This document shows, piece by piece, positions 1 to 12,040 of a DNA stretch of 64,000 nucleotides. Source of the stretch: Octopus bimaculoides (taxonomy: Eukaryota); assembly GCF_001194135.2 (NCBI RefSeq), contig NC_068984.1, forward strand, positions 21,961,530 through 22,025,529. Direction: 5' to 3'. The translations under genes were made by a program, and so were the position numbers. The notes beneath the pieces were generated by a model. The model was not told the origin of the DNA and searched no databases. It was given only the letters and a program-made list of their open reading frames with translations. Numbering within the stretch: the first letter of the stretch is position 1; each line of letters opens with the position of its first letter.

Positions 1-88
1 CCTGTACCCAGATATGCACCTATACATACAGGTGGATGTCGGTATGCACATACCTGTACGTATATATGCATATACTCATTTACTATTT

Positions 89-126
<38 letters not shown>

Positions 127-2788
127 AGGATGCAATGGGTAAATTGTCATGATCTTATATGTAGAGAACTGCCGAGATTTGCAGAGATTCTACAGGACCT
201 CCATTGGTCAGAGCTATCAGTCTGCCTGTCTGCACAGGCATGGGTAATGTATTTTTTTGTCTTTTGTGTCTGAAAGAATGCCAGTTGACCATGCTTACAA
301 GCCTTCCCTTTCATACCACTGTTGCTGTTGAAGGGAAAAATCTCCACATTAAAATCAATACAACTTGGCAACACGTCTCATCGTACGCGTCTCTCGTCGA
401 ACGCAACGAGCCAGAACAGATACTCCGAGGCTCCCTCTCTGATGCTGTAACAGTTCTGCTAATCCACATCTCTGGATTGGTAATCTTTTTATTGACTAAT
501 GGAAGATCAAATGTAAAATTTACCTGGGTCCAATGTTCAAACGATTTTGCAAATTTGTCACCCAAGATTATTCGAAATGACAAAGTTCGTGTTACTCGTC
601 CCGTATCTCTATTTAACATCATGTTATGGTCCACGAATTATTTCATATAAACTATAACTATATTTAAATCGCACAGAACTTATTTCTTTATATGATTTAT
701 AATTTTTTTTTCATTGTAATTTACACCGCTACACTGCTTACTTCAGATCCCCATAATGCAACTTAGCTGTCCCATGCTCAACATTTTTTTCATCTTACAG
801 GGAATTCATAATCCTAAAAGAGTCCCCAAAGTTAGCGACGTGCAGCGTACTATAGATTTCTATGTTCAAGCATAGATAAGGATAACTGAATGTTCTATAG
901 TTACAAAGTCTGTCATCTTACAAGAAACTGAATCCAACTTTAACTAATATTACATGTCACAGACATAAAAAGGAAAGGCACGTTTCATAACGTAGTCCTA
1001 GATTCACTATTATTTTGATATTAGGCTGTTGGATAACAAGGCTGACCTATGTTAACATCAACAACAACAGCAGCAGTAATTTTACAAATCCGATCAAGAC
1101 CCTCTTTAGAAGTTTATTACTATTGACACGAGCGAACTGGATCTGTAGACATATTTGCTGATTCTAAAAGGCGAAGATTTTTCGACGTCGATGTTGCTCT
1201 TGTTTCGCCTTATATAATTCTTGATCATGTAGAAAATTATCAGTTATGATTATACCGTTTGTATTTGCTTTGTATATCAGCGACTACATTGCTCAATTTG
1301 TTCTTCAATTTTTAAAACTGTTGTGTTGTGATTTGAAGACTTCACTGCTGTTTTTTGAGGCCTCTCAGGGAATTCAATTATAACGAAACGGTAAAGAATT
1401 GGATAACATTGCTTTCGGATATACTCTTACTTTCATTTACGATTTGTGCTGAAATCTTAGAATGATTTACTTAGTCACTAATCTCTCTGCGGATGATATA
1501 CATCAGTACCTGTCATATACATAATTTCACTATTTAACACCCACCTCTATGTTTTTTGGAACTAGCGTCAATCAGATTTATTGGCGTGTGAGCTAAAACT
1601 GAAACCTTTGAAATTGAAGTGGAAAACTGAAATATCATTACCATTAGTAAAATTAAACTACAGGAATTCAAATAAACCCGTTGACGCACGATTTATGTGT
1701 GTTGGGGTTATGTAGGTTTCGCGTTTCACGTACAAATTACGCAACCAGTTCAACTCTAACTACCGGTACATATGCATTTATAGACATACGCTTCAAGTAT
1801 TTGCAATTAAACTAAATAAATGGGTGTAGGATATCATAAAATTCCCCACTGAAACGATATTAGAAAGGCTAGCTCGTTATTTTAAGTTCTGATGCGCTAT
1901 AAGTAACATTAATGTATATTATACACCCACATCATTTCAGTAACAATTTAAATATCAATCAACCAATCTTTCAATATATATACATATATATAGAGTGTAA
2001 CATATATATAGAGTGTATGTGTGTATGTTTTTGTGTATATGAATGTGTATGTTAAAGAGAGAAAGAGAGAGAGCTAGAGGGAGAGAGAAAAGAGGGATAC
2101 ACAATGTCATCCTTTAGTTTAACTATATATTTGTGTCGATATTGAATCAATAAAGCTTAAAATTATTTCTATTCTTTGTTATTTACTTTCCACATATTTA
2201 ACCAAGTAACGATAATTAAATGATCTGTTGTCATACAGGGAATAAACACAATTAAATAGTGTATGTGTGTCTGTTTAACAGATGAATATGTGAGAGATGT
2301 AACCAAAGTTGTTGAAACGGTTGACTAGTCGAGGAGCGAAATTCTAAAGTATCAGCTTTTTCCTGAATACCATTTAGCAAATGTTGTATTGTGCCCGAAG
2401 TCTGTCTACCCGAGAAATAATTCGTTGTATGTGTGAAATATATCTAACTTGGAATTACTGATGTCCAATGAATTCTAAGATTCGTCATGTTTTGCAGGGA
2501 GAGCACTTTTTGGATCGAGTCACTAGTTGTCCACTAGGCTGGAGAAAATAGTTGCAGCGACATCGACGATGGAAACTTTAATTATCAGTTATCTTCTACT
2601 GTTATCTTCAGTCATTGGACAGCGTTTATGGAAGGGAACTATCTTGAAGGGTTTCAGTCAAATAAATGAACTCAGTATTTATTTTTTGTCTCGTACTTAT
2701 TTTGCAGGGCTTATTTAACGAACCGGTAAGTTATAAGGATGTAACGAGCCCAACAGCGATTGTCAAGCGGATCCCCCCACACACACGC

Positions 2789-2840
<52 letters not shown>

Positions 2841-3173
2841 NNNNNNNNNNNNNNNNNNNNNNNNNNNNNNNNNNNNNNNNNNNNNNNNNNNNNNNNNNNN
2901 NNNNNNNNNNNNNNNNNNNNNNNNNNNNNNNNNNNNNNNNNNNNNNNNNNNNNNNNNNNNNNNNNNNNNNNNNNNNNNNNNNNNNNNNNNNNNNNNNNNN
3001 NNNNNNNNNNNNNNNNNNNNNNNNNNNNNNNNNNNNNNAAAATGGCAGTCAAAGCCTAAAACCACGACAGAATATTCTTACAGTAAAGCACGTTGATTTG
3101 TACTCGAGCAAGACATTTGAGCGAATAAAAAAGAGTATTCTTTCGTCGTTTTAGGCTTTCACTGAACACCCAC

Positions 3174-3208
<35 letters not shown>

Positions 3209-3249
3209 CACACGCACACATACACACGCACACACGCACAAATATATAT

Positions 3250-3393
3250 ACATGACGAGCTTCCAGTCTCCATCTACTAAATTAAATTCACTCACAAAAC
3301 ATTGATCGGCCATTGCAGAAGTAATGCACAGTGGAACTGAACCCGAATTCACGTGGTTACAAAGCAAACTTCTTAACCACATGCTCATGCCTG
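3250..3393 (-). mobile_element. 5' half of SINE family B
   Basis: AAATTCACTCACAA..GTGGAACTGAACCCG..CTTCTTAACCACA; ends at a (CA)n tract. Confidence 0.8.
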
Positions 3394-3918
3394 GGCCTAC
3401 ATGTAGAAATGGGTAGAATTCTGAAGTTGCCATAAGTGCTCTGTTTACAATTTTAAAAAATTATTTACTCAAAGGAGCAAGAACAACATACATAAATTTT
3501 TGCAGGCCCTCCGAAACTGACGAAGGAAAATTACTTCTGGCTTATCTTGAAACCAAGTCCGAATTCTTACAACAGACTAGACTCAGTTTAAAGGAAATTG
3601 GATAGGGGTTTTTAACTGAAGCGATAGTTTAAAAACAAACATATAATAACGGAATTCCATAGACTTCCATACAATCCAATTTCAGTGTCACAACATGAGA
3701 ATGAACCAGGAACTACGTGATTGCAGACCATATTTATTAACAATATCATCACGTTTGCATCCATGATATTGCACTTTAAATGAGGATCAAACGTTACATG
3801 TGTCTAATGGTGCCTACAAAGATGATTGTATACATGTGAAGCATTTTACCAGTAAAGCACATGTTTGGTAATTCCAACACTGACTTTTTATGTTAATATA
3901 TTGAGAGAACCTCTAAGC

Positions 3919-4275
3919 CAGTGGTTATCAAAGGGAGTCCATATGGCCCCTGAGGGTCCATATAAGATTTTTGGGGGTCCAGTCAATGAAATAGGAAGTT
4001 GGGGATCCACAATAGTATTTTAAGGGCTCCTGAAAAAAATTTGCTTTAGATGAGTTCATTGGTATGTTATTGCATGAAACAGCTAGTGTTTTGTCTAAGA
4101 ATTTAACATAGTTCAACCTATATAATTTAATGCCTGAAAAACAAAATAGGAATTTTGAAAGAAGTTTCTATAAAACTAGTTTTCAAACATCGAATGGTCA
4201 TGGAGGTTCAACAGGATAATATAATAATCAAATGGGTCTTTAGATAAAGAAAACAAAAATGGTTGAGAACCGCTG
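3919..4275. mobile_element. hAT (Charlie-like) MITE
   Basis: TIRs CAGTGGTTATCAA / TTGAGAACCGCTG. 8-bp TSD CTCTAAGC (3911-3918) vs CTCTAAGT (4276-4283). Confidence 0.88.
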
Positions 4276-4399
4276 CTCTAAGTAGTCATTTGATCTATAA
4301 ATGGCGCCCAAATTCCCTTTGCATCGTACCTTGACTTCAAGGCTGATCTGGGCAATAAACAACAATGATAGCCCTGCCAACAACAATAGACACCACCAG

Positions 4400-4435
<36 letters not shown>

Positions 4436-5122
4436 CCCCACCAACAGCAGCAGCAAAAGTGAGAGCAACAATACTACCAAAAAAAACGAGAACAAAAGCA
4501 CGACCAATGAAAACCAACAGAGCCACCACTACCAACAATAAAAATATCAACAATCAGCAACAGCATCAGCACTAACGACAATAACAACAAATCATAAAAC
4601 AGCATCAACAACAACAAAAACAAGAAAGTATACCCCACTCCCATTTGCAGAAACAACACCATTACCACTACCATCATAACAATGAGATGACCGTTAACAC
4701 AAGTTGCGGCAGTAACAACAATAATAAGAACACGAATACCAATAACAGTAGTAACAACAGCAATGCCAAAGCACTATTAACAACAATGGCAACATCAGGG
4801 ACACCACCACCGCCACTACGACCACTCAGCAACTACAAAATAGCAACAACAATAGCCGATTACCCAGTGTGTATAACAGTTAACACATATGTGGTCATTG
4901 ATCAGACAGTTTGTCAGTGAGCAGCGAAGCAGATAATAGGTTTACAGCAAACGTGTCTGATCTGCAACTGTGTGTTTGTGTCATGTAGGACAGTCATAGA
5001 GACAATGATAGAAACAGTGTGCAAAAGAAAGCATAGAGTGAAGAGTGGAATTTGGATTGTTGTAGGAATGCATGAATAAATGTAACGGTAGATACCGAAA
5101 GACATGTACAGAGAGAGAGGGA

Positions 5123-5157
<35 letters not shown>

Positions 5158-5469
5158 GGAGGAGGAGAGAATATAGGAACAGGGAAGAGAAAGAGAGAAG
5201 GGCGGGAGAACGAAAAAGTGGGAGATAGGAGACAGAGGCCAGCATCAGACCAACAATATCTACAGTGCTATAGTATAAAATATGGATTTAGGGGTGCTAT
5301 GCATACATACGTACATGTATGTATATGCGTGTATAAATATATGATTGATCACTCTTAGTGCTAATGCTAACACATAACCGATTACAACCCGTCGCATTTT
5401 CTGGCCTTCGGCGACTACACCGCATTCCTTACGTAACAAGCATGGTAAGGAAGGTCTTTCGTCGGATAC

Positions 5470-5514
5470 CTGCAAGAGCTGTACAACTCAGTAGAGCCAA
5501 CAGCAATCGAAAAG
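5470..5514 (-). CDS. Candidate 45-nt phase 1-1 exon encoding a signal-peptide-like segment (xFRLLLALLSCTALAx)
   Basis: Acceptor ATCTCTCACTTCCAG, donor CAG|GTATCC. The peptide has a basic residue, a hydrophobic core and an ALA end. Confidence 0.4.
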
Positions 5515-6264
5515 CTGGAAGTGAGAGATCCCTAGTCTTGGTTTAGACATCTTAATAGGAGAAGGAAAATACTGATGTAACATCGACTTTATTTGCATCC
5601 AATGAAATAAACTAGAACTCCTTTTGGAGCAAATGTATATGTTGTTTAGAAAGTGGGATTGGCCCTGTGCAAAGCCTATCATCACTTAAAAATGAATGAG
5701 GTATAGGCGTTGCTTGATTTTTACATCGGGTCCTTGGTGCAAAGAGGGCATACATCAGCATGTGTGGGCAAGCTCCATGAATACCTATTGTAACAGGTGT
5801 ACACCGTTTCCATGTCTTTTGAAATCTATGTAGGTTCTTGGCGGTGCTGCTCATGTTTAACGATCAAGTGTTGGAATTGTTGGAAATCGAGTTGACGTCA
5901 TCATATATATATATATATATATATANNNNNNNNNNNNNNNNNNNNNNNNNNNNNNNNNNNNNNNNNNNNNNNNNNNNNNNNNNNNNNNNNNNNNNNNNNN
6001 NNNNNNNNNNNNNNNNNNNNNNNNNNNNNNNNNNNNNNNNNNNNNNNNNNNNNNNNNNNNNNNNNNNNNNNNNNNNNNNNNNNNNNNNNNNNNNNNNNNN
6101 NNNNNNNNNNNNNNNNNNNNNNNNNNNNNNNNNNNNNNNNNNNNNNNNNNNNNNNNNNNNNNNNNNNNNNNNNNNNNNNNNNNNNNNNNNNNNNNNNNNN
6201 NNNNNNNNNNNNNNNNNNNNNNNNNNNNNNNNNNNNNNNNNNNNNNNNNNNNNNNNNNNNNNNN

Positions 6265-6304
<40 letters not shown>

Positions 6305-6357
6305 GTGTGTATTCAGCAGCACTATTTTATATATGTATTGAAAATACATTCATAGAT

Positions 6358-6760
6358 GCAAGCATGGTAAGAAGTCTGTTTCCAAACTAAATGGTTTCGG
6401 GTTCAGTCCCACTGCGTACCACCATGGGTAAGGGTCTTCTATTACAGCCCCTTGCGTATTTGTTTGGTAGACGGAAACTGAACGAAACCCGACGTATACA
6501 TGTATATTTATATATATATATATATGCACGTCCTTGTGTATGTGCGTGCGTGAATGTTTGTGTGTATGTGTATATGCATGTATGTGCGTGTATGTGCGCC
6601 TTTATGTTTGTACCCCACTAACAATTGACAACAGTGTTGGTTGCTGGAGTCGAACGAACCGAATGTAGTCGATTCGTTTGACTTAAACAAAAGCACGTTT
6701 AGTGTGGTGCCCCCAGCAGCGCTGCAGTCCAATGATCAGAACACGTTAGACATAAAAGAT
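6358..6760 (+). mobile_element. SINE family B, diverged
   Basis: GGTTTCGGGTTCAGTCCCACTGCGT..GGTAGACGGAAACTGAA..GGTGCCCCAGCAG, with an internal TA/TG tract. Confidence 0.85.
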
Positions 6761-7260
6761 AGATAGATAGATACATACATACATCCATACATGCATGCAT
6801 ACATATGGAACATTCTTATATATCTGCCGAGTAGAAACCTAACAGAGCAAACATTGTCATTTGGGACGGAAAAATTCATTTACAGGTTAGTTGTGCAGCA
6901 AATGTAAGCACTTTTTTCAAAATCAACCAGGAGAATATCTATGGACAAATGGTTCGGTACCTACAGCTCCTCTAACAAGCTTATATATTTGTAGTCACAA
7001 AAATAATCAATGGCTAACTCGGTTATCTTGACACTTTTGTTATCTTAGAAAGGATTAAAAGTTAAAGGTGGCCTAAGCAGAATTTGAACTCTGAGGGCGA
7101 AGCCTTATAACCAAAGCTCTGCGACTCCGGATCATGCACACATGCATATGTATGTCTGCGTATGCGTGCACGCGCACGTTTGTTGTACGAGAAAAGATAG
7201 AGTAAGGGAGAGAAAGAAAAGGGAGTGAAGTGAGAGCAAAAGACAGCAGAGTCATCTTGT

Positions 7261-7293
<33 letters not shown>

Positions 7294-7720
7294 TATAGAT
7301 ATATATACATGTATAACTAGAGGGAGAGAGAGAGAGAGAGAGAGGAGAAAAATGTACAAAAGGGAAACAGCATTAGTTACGTTCATTTCTTTAAATTATC
7401 AATATAAATTATCTTGAGGCTAACAAAATATTGAATTATTAGCTTTTTCAAGAGCTATACGTTGGCAGAGAAGAGAAACTAGGACATTGTGATGTTTATA
7501 CAATTTCTAATGATAAGTCATTTGCCACTCATTTTTTATATCAACAAGAGGCCCGTAGGCACCTTTAATAAAGTCCACTCTTCGTAAACTTTTAGTGTAA
7601 GGAGATTAGAGTAACGCATGAGTCGTGGTTTCCTTTCCTACTTTCTTGCCAACAGTAGATATCCTGCAAAAGGTCACGAACAGTCATGTTTTTCCCACTT
7701 TGTGACTAATCACATATATA

Positions 7721-7947
7721 TTGAGTTGGTGCATAATTATTGCGGCTTTTTTCAACAAATTTTATTCAACAAAAACAACTTTAAATGATTATTCCGGAGC
7801 ATATTCACCATCTACTTCAATTACTGCTTCCCATCTGCTTGACAGACGGTCAGACCGTCTTTTAAAGATGTTTCTGTTAAATATTGCTATTGTTTTTGTT
7901 GAACGGAATTGTTGAAAAAAAGCCGCATTAATTATGCACCAAGTCAA
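7721..7947. mobile_element. mariner-type MITE
   Basis: About 58-bp imperfect TIRs starting TTGAGTTGGTGCATAATT and ending AATTATGCACCAAGTCAA. TA on both flanks. Confidence 0.9.
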
Positions 7948-8067
7948 TATATATATATATTTATTTGTTGCTTTGTTCAGTTATTACAAAAACCAATTTT
8001 ACATTAATCTGAAGCATTACTCTGGAACTTTGTACAGTACAAATTTATTATTCTTAAATAAGAATAT

Positions 8068-8153
8068 TATTGACAGTGACTTCGAAGTTTCGGCCAGTTA
8101 CCGGCAGTTCGTCGATGGCTAAGCTGGAGGGAACTTCGAAGTCGTTGTCAATA
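8068..8153. repeat. Short hairpin element, copy 1
   Basis: Arms TATTGACAGTGACTTCGAAGTTTC / GAACTTCGAAGTCGTTGTCAATA. A homologous copy lies at 32588-32682. Confidence 0.75.
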
Positions 8154-9177
8154 TCTTTGCTTAAGAATATGTGTGTATCAGTGATTCAATGCCGTGAGAG
8201 TTATTTGAATTAATGAATGAATATTCGTAAACACCATGGTTGAGAGTCAGGATCTCAGATACCACCTTCACAATAAGATTGTTTCAATTTCCGGACTTTG
8301 GGAAGTATTTGGTCTGTGGATCTCGAATTCTTTTATGCTTAATCTGCTGTAAACCAGGCTACATTAACACAAAATGCTGTGCGCATTTGCACTGAAAGCG
8401 CAGGGTTAAGTACGTTACAAAATGCTATTATATTAGAAGAATAAAAAAAAAAGCACCTCAGAAATTTAGATTTATTAATCTAAATATACAAAGAAAACCT
8501 GTGCAGCGACAAAATCGCATGTATAAGTATGCATAAACACAGATATACATACATATACATATTCATAAACATGCATATGCGTACACATTTAGACAAAGGC
8601 CTAGTGAAGTTCACAATTAGAAAATAGGCTTGATAATTTATAAGCAACAAACGAAAAATCTAATATTAAATTTCGAAATTGTTCTTATAGAATATTGATT
8701 ATTTGTAATGTAAATCAATAGTTAGAGAGTAAACAAAAATGCATCCATACATAGAAACATTGGTAAACATACAGACACACACATATATATGCATATGGAT
8801 TGAGAGAGAGAGGGAGAGAGAGAGAGAGAGAGAGAGAGAAAGTGGGAAAGAGAGAGAAAGAGAAAGAGAGAAAGATTTTATAGCATTGTTATTGTGTTTT
8901 GCTATCAGAGTGTGCTTTATATTCCATTTCCATTGTATATGGGTACATACACATAAACGCACATAAATGCACATAAATGCACACGTACACGTACACACGC
9001 ATATATATGTCTACTATGTCTGTACAATGCGTGTGCACGTGTGCCAGTGTGTGAGAGAGAAAAGTACTCAATGTCACTATTTGAATATATTATTTCATTC
9101 TAACCTAAATCTTTGCTGATGAAATTAACGGAAACAACAGAAACGAAGTCTGTGTGTAGCGTACGCACACGTCTATA

Positions 9178-9296
<119 letters not shown>

Positions 9297-9690
9297 GGCA
9301 GTCAGAATGTTGGATTATCCTTTATTAGCACTTTCATTTCGTTTACGAAGTCCTCAAGAAAAGATCAAAATCATTTCGAATTTAATTTTGTCTTGAGTTA
9401 GTAAACGAAGGAAAGCATAAGTTAAGGATTGTCCAAAATTCTGCCTCTTTTTTCTCAATATGCAATATCTGTACCCCACTTCAAACACTCTATATAAAGC
9501 ACGTTTAAGAACGATAATTTGATATTTGCTGGAAACGACTGTCAATAACTGAGAGGAGATTGGATTTATAACAAAGGTTTGTCTTACCTGGTTAACTAAG
9601 CTTCATCAAAAACCTACATTTGCCCAATATTCCACGATGTGGTTGGGGATCAAACTTACTACCACACAACCTCCCCTGCGCCTTTATATA

Positions 9691-9762
<72 letters not shown>

Positions 9763-10119
9763 TGATATAAGCCGGTAGATGGAAAATAAAATAGATACGT
9801 TAGACAGAGAAAAAAGAGTAAAGTCGTAACTTTGTATGTATGGAGTATTTCATCCGAGGGCAAATGTCATTTGTTTATACAAGAAATGGAAGTTTGAAAA
9901 TTTAAGACTTATTCATACTTGTCACTCTAGAGGGAGACTTAAGGTCAGTAAGCTCCTAACTTGTAAAACAAGCAAAAAACAAAAACAAAAACAAAAAGGG
10001 AAGAACTGCTCAAACATGCTGTAAGCGAAACTGTGTAGGACACATAGTATAAATGAAAGAAAATAAGTGCTAGAAGAATTGAAGTTACAGGGACAGTTCT
10101 AACGTGATATGAAGAATGT

Positions 10120-10375
10120 GAAAGGAGAACATGACGCATTGTGGGAATGGTTCTGGAGTGGAGATTTAAAGTGAGAAGCGGAGAGATTTTGGTCGCTGCT
10201 CAAGATCAAACAGTAAGCACTTATTCAGTGAATAAGAATATTTATAGCACTATTTCAACGCATAAATGTTATCGGAAGAAGAAAATATCGATCACACAGT
10301 GGCAAGTAGCGAAATGTGAGATGAAAAAGAGGAAATAAATGCATGTGACAACATGATAAGGGCAGTTTAAGTTAC
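10120..10375 (+). mobile_element. Decayed internal fragment of an RLE (R4/Dong-like) retrotransposon
   Basis: ORF 10141-10338 contains EILVAAQDQ..KNIY..KC, matching EFLIAAQDQ..CRIC in the 51610-52026 ORF. Confidence 0.65.
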
Positions 10376-10404
10376 AGTAGGCATTTTATAAAAGTTTTCT
10401 ATAG

Positions 10405-10750
10405 GTGCAGGCGTGGCTGTGTGGTAAAAAGTTTACTTCTCTGCCCCATGGTTTTGGGTTCAGTCACACTGCGTGGCACTTTGGGTGAGTGTCTTTTTCA
10501 ATAACCTCGGGCTGACCCAAACCTTGTGAGTGGATTTGGTAGCGGGAAATTGAAAGAAACTCGCCGCGTATATATATGTGTGTGTGTGTGTGTGTGTTTG
10601 TGCTTAGAGGTTCAGTTAAGAGACCGCCAGAATAAGTACCAATCTTAAAAATACAAGAAAATACTGGGGCCAATTCATTTGCCTAATATTCATTAAGGCG
10701 GTACCCCAGCATGGTCGTAGTCTAATGATTGAAGCAAGTGAAAAATATAA
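10405..10750 (+). mobile_element. SINE family B
   Basis: GCAGGCGTGGCTGTGTGGTAA..CCTTGTGAGTGGATTTGGTAG..AAGGCGGTACCCCAGCATGG. Confidence 0.88.
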
Positions 10751-11359
10751 AAGTTCCGACCGTTGTATGCTCATGAACTTGAAACGGCTCTAACTGAAAG
10801 CTAAAAGTAGTATATTAGAATGCCGTAGAGCTAATATCGTTATATAGAAAAAAACAAAAAAAACAAAGCAGTATGCTTCATATTATATGCCGCAAATATT
10901 TTACGCAAAAAATATAGAGAGAAATCATTTCAGACAGAAGTGGCAAAAAATCTAGAAATTAGCTGAATAAAAAGTAAATACATGAAGAATATGAAGATGA
11001 CCAGCATCAAAGGTGAAAGTCGTACCAAAGCGTTAGTCTCAATTTCGCCACCCTCAGACTATTGTACAAACTTGAACAGTTGGAGATAGCATAGGAAAAG
11101 AGCAGTGGTAGTTTACTTGATGAGAGTAAACTAGTGCTCTACAAGTAAGCAGGCGCTGCGTACAAGCAAACCAACTATATACACGTACGAAACAAGTGTA
11201 ATTTTTCTCGCGTTTATTTTCCTGGACGCTATGCATTAATGGGTTAACGGCCTATACAGTGCCTTTCTATGCCCTAGGTGTCATGAAGACACTCCGCAAG
11301 AAATGGAAAGAGAATTTAAACATGATAATGAACAAAATAGTAATAACAATCCTTGCTAT

Positions 11360-11557
11360 TAAAAGTACAAGGCCTGAAATTTGGGGAAAAGTGACTAGTC
11401 GATGACATCGACCCCAGTGATTCACTGGTACCTAATTCATCGATCCCGAAAGGATGAAAGGTAAAATAGACCTCGGTGGAATTTGAAAGAACGTAAAGGC
11501 GGACGAAATTCGGCAAAGCATTTTGCCCTACGTGCTAACGCTTCTGTCAGCTCTCTC
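11360..11557 (-). mobile_element. SINE family A
   Basis: CATCGATCCCGAAAGGATGAAAGG..GACCTCGGTGGAATTTGAA..CGTGCTAACGCTTCTGTCAGCTC. Confidence 0.88.
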
Positions 11558-11584
11558 AGTTGTTGTTCCTGTTGTTTTTAATAT

Positions 11585-12040
11585 AGGCACAAAGCCGGTG
11601 GTTTAAATAGCGGCAATTAATTGTTATCACTGACCACAGTACTTAACGTATATTTCGTTTAACGACCTTGGAAGGATAAAAGACGAATGTGAGTTTAGTG
11701 GAAATTGAAATCAGAACGTTGAGAGGCAGAAAAAACACTGCAAGCTATTTTGTCCGATACTTTAAGGATTATGCCAAGTAAAAAGTCAAAATTGCAGAGC
11801 ATATGTGTGTGTATGGGGGTGTTTGTGTCTATGGGTACGAGAGAGAGAGAAAGAAAGAAGAAGTAAAAAGAGATAGGCAGAGTATAATCGGTAAAAAAAA
11901 GAAAGAACCAAGTAGATGACCAGCTCTAAATTTGTTGACCCTGAGAGACTGAAAGGCAAAGTAGAATTCGGAAGAATTTGAGCTCAGAATATAAATAGAG
12001 CTAGATAAGTTAACATTAAGCATTTCATCTGCTTTTCTAC
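11585..12040 (-). mobile_element. Two further decayed SINE family A copies (about 11585-11790 and 11900-12040)
   Basis: Degenerate GAAAGGCAAAGTAGAATTCGGAAGAATTTGAGCTCAGAA and GGAAGGATAAAAGACGAA..GGAAATTGAAATCAGAACGT motifs. Confidence 0.6.

Noticed and set aside
311-634. TGF-beta-like or insulin-like precursor (RSTR followed by CC)
   Set aside because: The remaining cysteine spacing and the W..W motif are absent, and two frameshifts would be needed.
738-800. Minus-strand KLHYGDL resembling GDP-mannose 4,6-dehydratase, and a DYEFP microexon
   Set aside because: Only a 7-residue match with non-matching flanks. Splice-like signals occur on both strands here.
3513-3560. CTGACGAAGG..GAAACCAAGTC hammerhead-like string
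   Set aside because: Stem I cannot form next to the core.
5358-5546. Plus ORF with LRR-like LTHNRLQPVAFSGLRRL
   Set aside because: A single imperfect repeat with no supporting exons. The opposite strand has the better splice signals.
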